DNA of 64,000 nt from a virus. The notes under the pieces were generated by a model. The model did not search any database and was not told the DNA's origin. It saw nothing but the letters and a program-made list of their open reading frames with translations. This document shows, in pieces, positions 50,645-58,160 of this stretch (positions are counted from its first letter, which is position 1; each line of letters opens with the position of its first letter). The stretch is from IMG/VR virus record IMGVR_UViG_3300002143_000153, positions 29,958 through 93,957 of that record. One strand, written 5' to 3'. A program made the position numbers and the translations under genes.

Positions 50645-51113
50645 TTTCTTGATTTTTATAGTAAGGGATATCTTCTTTTTTGATTTTGATAAGCTCTGAC
50701 GTATTTACAGAGCGCTCACATAACTTTAATTGTTTTTCTTCATCATGATATAGAAAATCTAAAATAAGCCTGCCATTGTACGCATTATAGTCCGTAGACC
50801 ATGAGTTACTACCTTTTACTTTAGCAAAAACATATTCATTGTTCTCTATTAAGCTTAATTCAGTTAATACATCTAAATCACAAAGCTTACCTATATCAGA
50901 TGCAATTTCATTAACATGAACCTTAACATAATCATTTCTATAAATGAGTTCTTGCTTTTCTTTAGCAGTTAATATATGGACTAAGTAACTTAATGATGTA
51001 CTATCTATACATTTTATAAGACCCTCAATAAATATAGTTTTGTTTAAAGTATCTTTCTTTAAAGACTCTGATATAATATTTTTTAACGTGTCTTCTGATA
51101 TATGTATACTCAT
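50571..51113 (-). CDS. Hypothetical protein
   Basis: ORF track. Confidence 0.6.
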   Translation of the reverse strand: MSIHISEDTLKNIISESLKKDTLNKTIFIEGLIKCIDSTSLSYLVHILTAKEKQELIYRNDYVKVHVNEIASDIGKLCDLDVLTELSLIENNEYVFAKVKGSNSWSTDYNAYNGRLILDFLYHDEEKQLKLCERSVNTSELIKIKKEDIPYYKNQENGTSIKTIITEGDQGLEDNQENVF

Positions 51114-51328
51114 TTTTTGTTATTTAATTCAAGAATAACAAGATTAGCCATAGATTTTGCATCTTCTTTCAATTTACCATTAAATTCTATACTTAATTCA
51201 GTATTAACATGTCTCCCTTCATCAGTTGCTTTTCTATCAAACATCAAATAATTGTAAAATCTTTGTTCTAGTGTTTCTCTTAATTTGTTTGTGTAAATTT
51301 CTTGTTTTATTAATTTTTCTTCTGACAT
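51110..51328 (-). CDS. Hypothetical protein
   Basis: ORF track. Confidence 0.55.
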   Translation of the reverse strand: MSEEKLIKQEIYTNKLRETLEQRFYNYLMFDRKATDEGRHVNTELSIEFNGKLKEDAKSMANLVILELNNKK

Positions 51329-51358
51329 GTTGTTTTAATTATTTGTTTTGAGTTAAAT

Positions 51359-51438
51359 AAAAAAGGACTCATCGGTTTACAAGCCAGAGTCCTTTAGTAA
51401 TGTATGAAATACAGTATCAAAGAGATACAGTGTCATTG
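51359..51438 (-). ncRNA. Candidate small RNA or attenuated leader
   Basis: TATATTTG promoter element (51439-51446) followed about 45 nt later by terminator AAAGGACTC...GAGTCCTTTTTT with no substantial ORF between. Confidence 0.4.
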
Positions 51439-51543
51439 CAAATATAAAAAATCTATTTACAATACCTTCATATATGATGGTTTATTAAGAACAATAGTAA
51501 GTTCATTATACTGGTACTGTTAGGGCCTCATATATGAGGGTTT

Positions 51544-52110
51544 TCAGTTGTATAAACTTTTAGCTATAGAAATCATATATTTATCATCATGTATAATGTG
51601 TGGTTCATATTCTACAATATTCTTAATAAACTCAGGATCATTACCATTTTCTTTGATTATAGCCTTGAACTTACTAAGTCTGTCTGACACATTTTTAATT
51701 AACTTAATATTCTCCCAATGACCTAAACCTAAAAATCCATCTACAACAACAGTTGATTGTAACTGTATTTGGTTATAGTCTAAATGTAAATCTTGTTCTG
51801 GATTGTATATATGTTTTTTATTTTCAGTGATTGTATCATAAAAATCTTTTAGATATTTAGATGTAATTGTACTTTTTGTAACATTAATGTTAGTTTTATT
51901 CTCATTAAAGTAAAATGTATTATTTACAATACTACCAAAATAAATATTGTAATGTGTTAAAGCAACAACTTTATTATCTATTATCTGACAAGATATATTA
52001 CCACGATGACCTTTTAATAATTTACCTGGGTTAAAGGTTAATATTTTTTTAATAGAATAATAAGATGGATCTGCTTGATATGATTTAAATTCATCTATTA
52101 ACTTTTCCAT
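51544..52110 (-). CDS. Hypothetical protein
   Basis: ORF track. Confidence 0.55.
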   Translation of the reverse strand: MEKLIDEFKSYQADPSYYSIKKILTFNPGKLLKGHRGNISCQIIDNKVVALTHYNIYFGSIVNNTFYFNENKTNINVTKSTITSKYLKDFYDTITENKKHIYNPEQDLHLDYNQIQLQSTVVVDGFLGLGHWENIKLIKNVSDRLSKFKAIIKENGNDPEFIKNIVEYEPHIIHDDKYMISIAKSLYN

Positions 52111-52226
52111 TTGAATTCTATTGCAATAAAAGGTAATACTATTACTAAACCTTGATTAATACCAAGACCAAATGCTATTACAGGTGCTGTTGTTATTTCT
52201 ATTTCAATTATTTTTTTCATTTTATT

Positions 52227-52910
52227 TTATTTAATTTCAAATACATTTCCATTACTACTCAATTTACCAAACTTACCATCAGTAACCACAGAACCATTTG
52301 AGAATATTGTATCTAAGTCTGGTATTGTTCTAGTACCAGCATTAATAATATCACTGCAATTATGGATATGTCCAAACATTATAAATTTAGGATTTACTTC
52401 TATAACTCTATTCAATAATGATTTATCACCACAATGCTCCATACTACCAACTCTATCATAAGATAAATCTAACATACCCTTTGGAGGTCCGTGAACAACA
52501 ATAATATCAACATCTTCATCTATAACATTTCTCCACATTCGTTCTAATTTATTTCTATCCTTATTAAACGACCAACCATATCCAAATGTTGGAGTGTAAG
52601 GTGAACCAAATATCTTTAAACCCTCTATTTTGATAGTTTCATTTTCAAGATAGTGAATACCACGATCATTAAAATCTGATTTAGTAACGAACTTCTTCTC
52701 AATACTAGTATCATGATTACCAGCTACAAATACCTTATGATGTATAGGTAAGTTAGCAAACCAATCTATAAAGGCTCTAACTTCAGGTTCATTATTATAA
52801 GGATCTCTTGGATTACTACAATCACCACTAAAAATAACCATAGCAACACCTTCAGGTATTTCTAGTAAGTCATGGAATGTGTGTGTATCACTTATATGCC
52901 AGATTTTCAT
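52227..52910 (-). CDS. Calcineurin-like metallophosphoesterase
   Basis: SDTH, SGD, GNHD, HGPP, GHIH. Confidence 0.9.
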   Translation of the reverse strand: MKIWHISDTHTFHDLLEIPEGVAMVIFSGDCSNPRDPYNNEPEVRAFIDWFANLPIHHKVFVAGNHDTSIEKKFVTKSDFNDRGIHYLENETIKIEGLKIFGSPYTPTFGYGWSFNKDRNKLERMWRNVIDEDVDIIVVHGPPKGMLDLSYDRVGSMEHCGDKSLLNRVIEVNPKFIMFGHIHNCSDIINAGTRTIPDLDTIFSNGSVVTDGKFGKLSSNGNVFEIK

Positions 52911-53266
52911 TTCTTAATTTTAAAATTTTCCAATTTTTCTACTAACTCTTCCATTGTATATTTAGGTATATCAAAACCTCTTGTCACTCCATTTGAATCT
53001 TTGAATGTTAATTCATTACCATTTGAATCCCTTGTGCATTTATAACTATATCCATCTGAATCTTTGTAGGTTAATATCTTACCATTTGAATCTCTTGTAT
53101 ATTCATCACTAAATCCAGTTGAATCTTTGTGGGTTAATTCATTGCCGTTTGAATCGTAGGTGCGTTCCCAAATAAATCCATTTGACAATTTACGATACGC
53201 ATAAACTCTAACGCCATTCTTGTTGTATAGCTTTAAGCTCTTTTTTTTTCCTAATACGTTTTTCAT
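52907..53266 (-). CDS. Repeat protein (YTRDSNGxELTYKDS repeats), paralog 1
   Basis: 21-aa repeats; C-terminal PKYTMEELVEKL. Confidence 0.75.
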   Translation of the reverse strand: MKNVLGKKKSLKLYNKNGVRVYAYRKLSNGFIWERTYDSNGNELTHKDSTGFSDEYTRDSNGKILTYKDSDGYSYKCTRDSNGNELTFKDSNGVTRGFDIPKYTMEELVEKLENFKIKK

Positions 53267-53267
53267 T

Positions 53268-53642
53268 TTATTTTATAATCTTAAATTTTCCAATTTTAGC
53301 TATCAATTCCTTCATTGTGTATTCGGGAATATCAAAGCCTCTTCTTTCTCCATCTGAATTTTTATATGTCAACTCCTTACCCTTTGAATCTCTGGTGTAT
53401 TCATAACTATAACCATCTGAATTTTTATAAGTTAGCTCTTTACCATTTGAATCTCTTGTGTATTCACAACTATATCCTTTTGAATTTTTAAGGGTTAGTA
53501 TCTTACCATTTGAATCATATGTGACTTCAGTATATTTATGATTACCCTTTGAATCATATGTATTTTTATAATAATCATAAACTTTTTTACCGTCCTTGTT
53601 CAATAGTCTTAAGTTTTCTTCTGTTCCTAATACGTTTTTCAT
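53268..53642 (-). CDS. Repeat protein, paralog 2
   Basis: Same MKNVLG start, repeats and PEYTMKELIAKIG end. Confidence 0.75.
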   Translation of the reverse strand: MKNVLGTEENLRLLNKDGKKVYDYYKNTYDSKGNHKYTEVTYDSNGKILTLKNSKGYSCEYTRDSNGKELTYKNSDGYSYEYTRDSKGKELTYKNSDGERRGFDIPEYTMKELIAKIGKFKIIK

Positions 53643-53805
53643 TTTATGTTTATTTGTTTAAGTGTACCGTCCCAACGTTTACTTATTATAAACGATTGAT
53701 CTGTTCTGCGTTTTGCTTGATCTAAAATAGGTGTTGTATATTCATCTCCGTTTCTTTGATAAATATAGATGTATTCTGTTTGTTCCATTTTTTAAATTGT
53801 TAAAT

Positions 53806-53835
53806 AAAAGGGTGATGATATTAAACCACCACCCT
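53806..53835 (-). terminator. Intrinsic terminator
   Basis: Minus strand AGGGTGGTG...CATCACCCTTTT. Confidence 0.65.
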
Positions 53836-53843
53836 CAAATTGA

Positions 53844-54131
53844 TTAATAATGAGTTTTTGTATAATTCAAATAACTAGTATCTGCATAGTTGTAATCACC
53901 AACATCAACTAGACCTTCTTCTAATGCAGCATCAAGTAATGTGCTATTATTCATTAGTTGATCAGATATAATATCTAATCCTGCAAACTCAAGTTTATCT
54001 GAGTTAACACTGTGAAAGTCTCCGTCTTGTTTACGAATTACAGTTTTCTCTGATTCATTCTCTATCATAACAATAACTATTTTGTTATTTAATAGACTGA
54101 ATCTCTCCGGGTTGTTGATATAGACACGCAT
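53844..54131 (-). CDS. Hypothetical protein
   Basis: ORF track. Confidence 0.55.
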   Translation of the reverse strand: MRVYINNPERFSLLNNKIVIVMIENESEKTVIRKQDGDFHSVNSDKLEFAGLDIISDQLMNNSTLLDAALEEGLVDVGDYNYADTSYLNYTKTHY

Positions 54132-54133
54132 AA

Positions 54134-54334
54134 TTACAATGTTTCATCTAAGTCATAAGCCAATATAACACCTGGTACCCAACCAAATAATAACATAATC
54201 ATAAATGTAGCACCATGTCTTAAGCATTCAGTATAGGTGCTATCATAAGATATTAAGTATCCAGCTAGTGCTACCACTAACCAAACAGTCACTGTCATAG
54301 CCATTACAGCTAACATAATTTTTGTTTTTTTCAT
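54134..54334 (-). CDS. Two-TM membrane protein
   Basis: Two hydrophobic helices. Confidence 0.6.
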   Translation of the reverse strand: MKKTKIMLAVMAMTVTVWLVVALAGYLISYDSTYTECLRHGATFMIMLLFGWVPGVILAYDLDETL

Positions 54335-54516
54335 TTTTGTTTTAAGTTATAAGTTAATTTTTGTTTTTTAATTTTAAATCTATAAGTTGAAGAACAGTTA
54401 TAAAAGCTATAAAGAATACTATAACTGAGTATGCATAATACTCTAATATTACTAGCATTATTGTTTCTACTGTTGCTGTTATTGATATGATTTTTAATAT
54501 TTTTTCTTTCATAAGT

Positions 54517-54783
54517 TTAGTTTTGGTTTGCATATGCTAAGATTAAATCTTCATCAGGAGACCAATTGTCTTCTAACAATCCACGAGCAATTTCTTCTGC
54601 ATACATGTATTCATGGACAGTACCATTTGACATATATACTGAGTAATAAGGTCTACCTTCATTATCACCTGTTAATTTGATGGTAATATTTGTTAAAGAG
54701 GATGCATCACACTCAATCTTATTGGTGTTACTACATGAAGCAAAAATTAATGCTACGGTTATAAATGTTATTATTTTTTTCAT
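54517..54783 (-). CDS. Small lipoprotein
   Basis: MKKIITFITVALIFASC lipobox. Confidence 0.65.
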   Translation of the reverse strand: MKKIITFITVALIFASCSNTNKIECDASSLTNITIKLTGDNEGRPYYSVYMSNGTVHEYMYAEEIARGLLEDNWSPDEDLILAYANQN

Positions 54784-54867
54784 AAGTTTTGGTTTAATGT
54801 GTTAAGGAAAAAACTAGAGTATGCTAACGGTAATAGCATACTCATAGTTTAATCATGAGTTTACCAT

Positions 54868-54901
54868 CTGCTCACACTTCAAAAATGAGAATGGTACATT
54901 A
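54868..54901 (-). ncRNA. Degenerate 5' half of the twister-like unit (unit 0)
   Basis: UAA-UGUA-CC-AUU-CUCAU-[UUUUGAAGU]-GUGAG-CAG; loop mutated and 3' half absent. Confidence 0.5.
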
Positions 54902-55070
54902 ATTAATCACTTTAATCCCCTATAACGGATAACTTATGATATATGGTTACTACACCAGTTTGTATTATCAATACTTATTTATCCAAAGAGGTGATAAAAT
55001 CCTCTTTTTAATCTACTGTTGCCTTTTGGCTTTAAGAGTATCAAGCAGTAAGATTTACTTGACACAATAG

Positions 55071-55168
55071 TACCCTCTGCACTCAGTTGTAAGGACTAGA
55101 TGCATAATCTCTAGTATTATTTCCAAACTTACAACTGCTCACCCTTGGGAAGTGAGAATGGTACATTA
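55071..55168 (-). ncRNA. Twister-like self-cleaving ribozyme, unit A (34-nt cargo in P5)
   Basis: UAA-UGUA-CC-AUU-CUCAC-UUCCCAAGG-GUGAG-CAGUUGUAAG...CUUACAACUG-AG-UGCA-GA-GGGU. Confidence 0.8.
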
Positions 55169-55169
55169 A

Positions 55170-55421
55170 TTAATTCCTATTTATATCTAGGTTGGTTATC
55201 AAATCAGGAGTCATACCAAATTCAATAGCTTTAACTTGCAAATCACTAAGTATATATGATGTTGCAATGAGTTTAGGAACATAACCCATATTGGTTAAAG
55301 TTCTTTCAAATATAGAAGACAGTGTGTCAATAACAATGACAGCTGTGTTATCAATTGTATTCAAGTATAAGTTATACATAGTAAGTACAGCTTGGTTTTG
55401 TGTTGTTGTTAATTCTTTCAT
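55170..55421 (-). CDS. 83-aa hypothetical protein between ribozyme units B and A
   Basis: ORF track; AT-rich leader typical of the phage's genes. Confidence 0.6.
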   Translation of the reverse strand: MKELTTTQNQAVLTMYNLYLNTIDNTAVIVIDTLSSIFERTLTNMGYVPKLIATSYILSDLQVKAIEFGMTPDLITNLDINRN

Positions 55422-55455
55422 AAGTTTATTTTCTTTTATTATTTGATTGGTTAGA

Positions 55456-55637
55456 TACCCTCTGCACTCAGTTGTAATAGAACAGCCATTTTCAGCCTGT
55501 ATAAGTGTCTGCTTTCAAGACATAAACTTGGTCAATTATCATAGGATGCATATTTCCCTTGCCTGATAACATACTGAAGTCAACACTTTTTATTCTATTA
55601 CAACTGTCTCACCTTGGGAATGAGAAATGGTGCATTA
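55456..55637 (-). ncRNA. Twister-like ribozyme, unit B (110-nt cargo)
   Basis: UAA-UGCA-CC-AUU-UCUCA-UUCCCAAGG-UGAGA-CAGUUGUAAUAGAA...UUCUAUUACAACUG-AG-UGCA-GA-GGGU. Confidence 0.8.
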
Positions 55638-55752
55638 CTTAGTTGTAATCCGTATAACATAAATACTATTCTCAACAAAACAGTGATTGCTGCTTTACAT
55701 GCTTATGAATAATCTGAGTTCTTGTTAATACTAATTAAGAATTACAACTTAA

Positions 55753-55936
55753 TACCCTCTGCACTCAGTTGTAATAGGTTTTTAGTGTGTAGAATGTTTC
55801 ATGAATTAAATGAGCCGTAATTTCCAACTATTACTGTCCGACCAGTTTATAATTGCGCTTCTGTTTAATATCATATATCTACTTATCACTGTCTATTACA
55901 ACTGCTTATCCTTGGGAAATAAGTTGTGGTGCATTA
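55753..55936 (-). ncRNA. Twister-like ribozyme, unit C (115-nt cargo)
   Basis: UAA-UGCA-CC-ACAA-CUUAU-UUCCCAAGG-AUAAG-CAGUUGUAAUAG...CUAUUACAACUG-AG-UGCA-GA-GGGU. Confidence 0.8.
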
Positions 55937-56131
55937 GTAAAAATAGTACTGTTGTTTTATCCTAATAACATTTCTGGAATGACCAAAGAAGTTGATTAAC
56001 GTTGATATGAGCTTATTACCCCTTATCTATAGTTGAGGTAATATTCTAAGTATTAGTGACAATTTATTAGAATTGTCCTAATCTTCTTTGGATATCTTTA
56101 TTGTTAGGTAACAGTACTATTAGTTTGTTTA

Positions 56132-56362
56132 TTAAAAAGGAGTTTCTACAACTCCCTCATTCCAATAGCCTAATGCTAAAAACTTTTTACCATCTCTGGT
56201 TAAAGTTATGACATCAAAGCCATTAACATCTGTTGCTACTAATTCTGCAGTATCCCAATGTATTATACCAAGAAACTTTCCAGTTAGTGTTTCTGAATCA
56301 GTATCAACTAAATGAATTAGTTGAATAGGTTCTTTTTTTAATAGGTTTATTATTTTTACCAT
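56132..56362 (-). CDS. 76-aa hypothetical protein inside the ncRNA island
   Basis: ORF track. Confidence 0.6.
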   Translation of the reverse strand: MVKIINLLKKEPIQLIHLVDTDSETLTGKFLGIIHWDTAELVATDVNGFDVITLTRDGKKFLALGYWNEGVVETPF

Positions 56363-56555
56363 TTCTTTCTTTATTTAAATTGTTAAAAAATTACAGAGTT
56401 CGGGTTAGTATTGATAGATATTGAATAAAATATCAAGTATGCTGAACCGCTTCAGCAGATTTTATCGTGTGTGAGCATATAGTAGTTATCTGCAGATTCT
56501 AACTATACTCTAGGAGGTTGGCGGGCTTTTCCTCTTTTTATACTTGATATAAGTT

Positions 56556-56680
56556 TTTATATACACTCAGTTGTAATACCAATAAGGGTTTTAGACTACT
56601 ACATTAGAGTTTCGTCTGCACCTATTTGATCATTAACTTATTACAACTGCTCACTCTGATTAAGTAAGTTATGGGTATTA
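56556..56680 (-). ncRNA. Degenerate twister-like unit D (60-nt cargo), probably catalytically inactive
   Basis: P4 CUUAC/GUGAG and P5 CAGUUGUAAUA/UAUUACAACUG kept; loop is UUAAUCAGA and the GA-GGGU segment is lost. Confidence 0.55.
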
Positions 56681-56835
56681 AAAAATTAGACAGTTTCACT
56701 TCGCATTATATCTGTCTAGAACCCCGCTTCTAGGGTTTTAATTTGTTGGATTCTGGTACCAACACCTACATACTTGAAATATATAGACCCTATGGCTTCA
56801 CTAATGTTTTTTTAAGAACATCACCCCCATAGTTG

Positions 56836-57000
56836 TTGTACTCTCACAAGGTTGCAACCCCTTGATATATATCTCATAAAACAACATAACATTAATAGTA
56901 GGACCGTGTTACTAAGTCTAGTCCTCCTTTATTAATGTAACAACTCTATTAAGTTATTTTGCTTTACTTGGTAATAAACCTGCTCGGATGAGAGTAACAA
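56836..57000 (-). ncRNA. tRNA-like structured RNA (acceptor-like stem plus T-arm-like hairpin)
   Basis: UACUCUCA...CAAGG-GGUUGCAA-CCUUG-UGAGAGUA with a long internal hairpin ACAUUAAUA...UAUUAAUGU. Confidence 0.5.
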
Positions 57001-57261
57001 CCAGAACTAAAATTACAGAGTTCTGGTTAATATTGATGTAAACTCCTATATAGAGATACATAAGGAGAGAGAGACAGATATGTTTTGTATGCTAGCTGCA
57101 GGAACGCAGTGTTATAGCCATATATATACAAGTAGTGATTATAATAATTATGATTGTCTTGAAGTATAGAATAAGGGATATGATGTCACCCTCTCTCTAT
57201 GCAACAGACAAACAAATAAATATTACTTAGGAAAGATACCTAATAGTTGGAACAATAATTA

Positions 57262-57288
57262 GAAAGCAGGGATTATTACCCTGCCTTC
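57262..57288 (-). terminator. Hairpin after the 90-aa paralog
   Basis: Minus strand GAAGGCAGGG-taataat-CCCTGCTTTC. Confidence 0.5.
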
Positions 57289-57297
57289 AGTATATTG

Positions 57298-57570
57298 CTA
57301 GTGAGCCCAGAACATATTGGGTATTACTTCACCCTCTTTGTTCTTAACAGCTTTGTCTGTGAGTACTAGTGGTAACGCATCACCTACTTGTATGCTCATT
57401 TGAGCAGCGGTTTCTGCACTTACTGCAGTAAAGCCGAATGACACATCATTGCTTTGTACACGAACTTCAGTTTCAACTCCGCCAATTATTTTGATTTCCG
57501 TTGTCTGGCCCAACGGTGCAGTAGTAGATACTATACCTTTTCTACTCTGCGTGAATTTGTAAAAATACAT
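57298..57570 (-). CDS. 90-aa early protein, paralog of 58733-59017
   Basis: Aligns from MYFYK to PNMFWAH with its paralog; the extension to 57720 only translates tandem repeats. Confidence 0.75.
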   Translation of the reverse strand: MYFYKFTQSRKGIVSTTAPLGQTTEIKIIGGVETEVRVQSNDVSFGFTAVSAETAAQMSIQVGDALPLVLTDKAVKNKEGEVIPNMFWAH

Positions 57571-57583
57571 GCAATATTTAGTT

Positions 57584-57697
57584 GGGGAGAGGGACTGGAA
57601 CAAAAGGGGGGAGAGGGATTGAAACATGTTTGTGCTATGTAATAGTTGCAATGTCAGGGTTAAGTTAGTGCTATGTAATAGTTGCAGTGTCAGGGTT
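57584..57697. repeat. Two adjacent tandem duplications
   Basis: GGGGAGAGGGAYTGRAACA x2 and GTGCTATGTAATAGTTGCARTGTCAGGGTT x2 (36-bp period). Confidence 0.85.
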
Positions 57698-57729
57698 GGA
57701 AAAAGGATGCTGTTACACACCCTTTTTAT

Positions 57730-58098
57730 TTACCATTGATTAAGATTAGGATTGAATGTTATTACATTAGTCTCTTGAGCATCTTTAAATGCTTTATATG
57801 CTTTATCATTAACTCCTGGTATATGTACCATACCAACACTCTTGTTGTTAACTGAATATTTTTCAGCTGCTATCCTACGTCTACCACCTATGACTTCTTT
57901 AAACCTATAGTAATTATTAAGCATATCTAGTGCTTCTATTACTTTTCTTTTAGGCATTATCATTCTTAAATCTTTGTAGCTCATATCAGCAAGTTCATCT
58001 AATGTTGTGATGTTGTTATGCTTCAAACACTTATAAAGATAAAATGATATATCCAAGTCCATTTCTTGGATAATGTTAGTTCTTATTTTATATGACAT
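57730..58098 (-). CDS. Protein with RNA polymerase alpha-CTD-like domain
   Basis: IQEMDLDISFYLYKCLKHNNITTLDELADMSYKDLRMI resembles alpha-CTD (LELSVRSxNCLKxxxIxTxxDLxxxSxxDLLKI). Confidence 0.65.
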   Translation of the reverse strand: MSYKIRTNIIQEMDLDISFYLYKCLKHNNITTLDELADMSYKDLRMIMPKRKVIEALDMLNNYYRFKEVIGGRRRIAAEKYSVNNKSVGMVHIPGVNDKAYKAFKDAQETNVITFNPNLNQW

Positions 58099-58160
58099 GT
58101 TCTTTTATAAATTAAATTGTTGTTAAAAGGGTGCTGTTACACACCCTTATAAATTTTATT

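Noticed and set aside
51372-51388. GGTTTACAAGCC resembling a twister loop
   Set aside because: No UAA-P2 or GA-T1 partners; it is the loop region of a terminator hairpin.
56510-56540. GAGGAAAAGCCC (minus strand) resembling the RNase P RNA 5' motif
   Set aside because: Imperfect match, no 3' conserved partner motif, region too short.
55071-56680. CRISPR array interpretation of the repeats
   Set aside because: Inserts vary from 34 to 115 nt, units are irregularly spaced with ORFs between, there are no cas genes in the window, and the constant part fits a ribozyme fold better.
57571-57720. N-terminal 50 aa of the 140-aa ORF and the opposite ORF 57454-57642
   Set aside because: They translate tandem repeats; the paralog alignment places the start at 57570.
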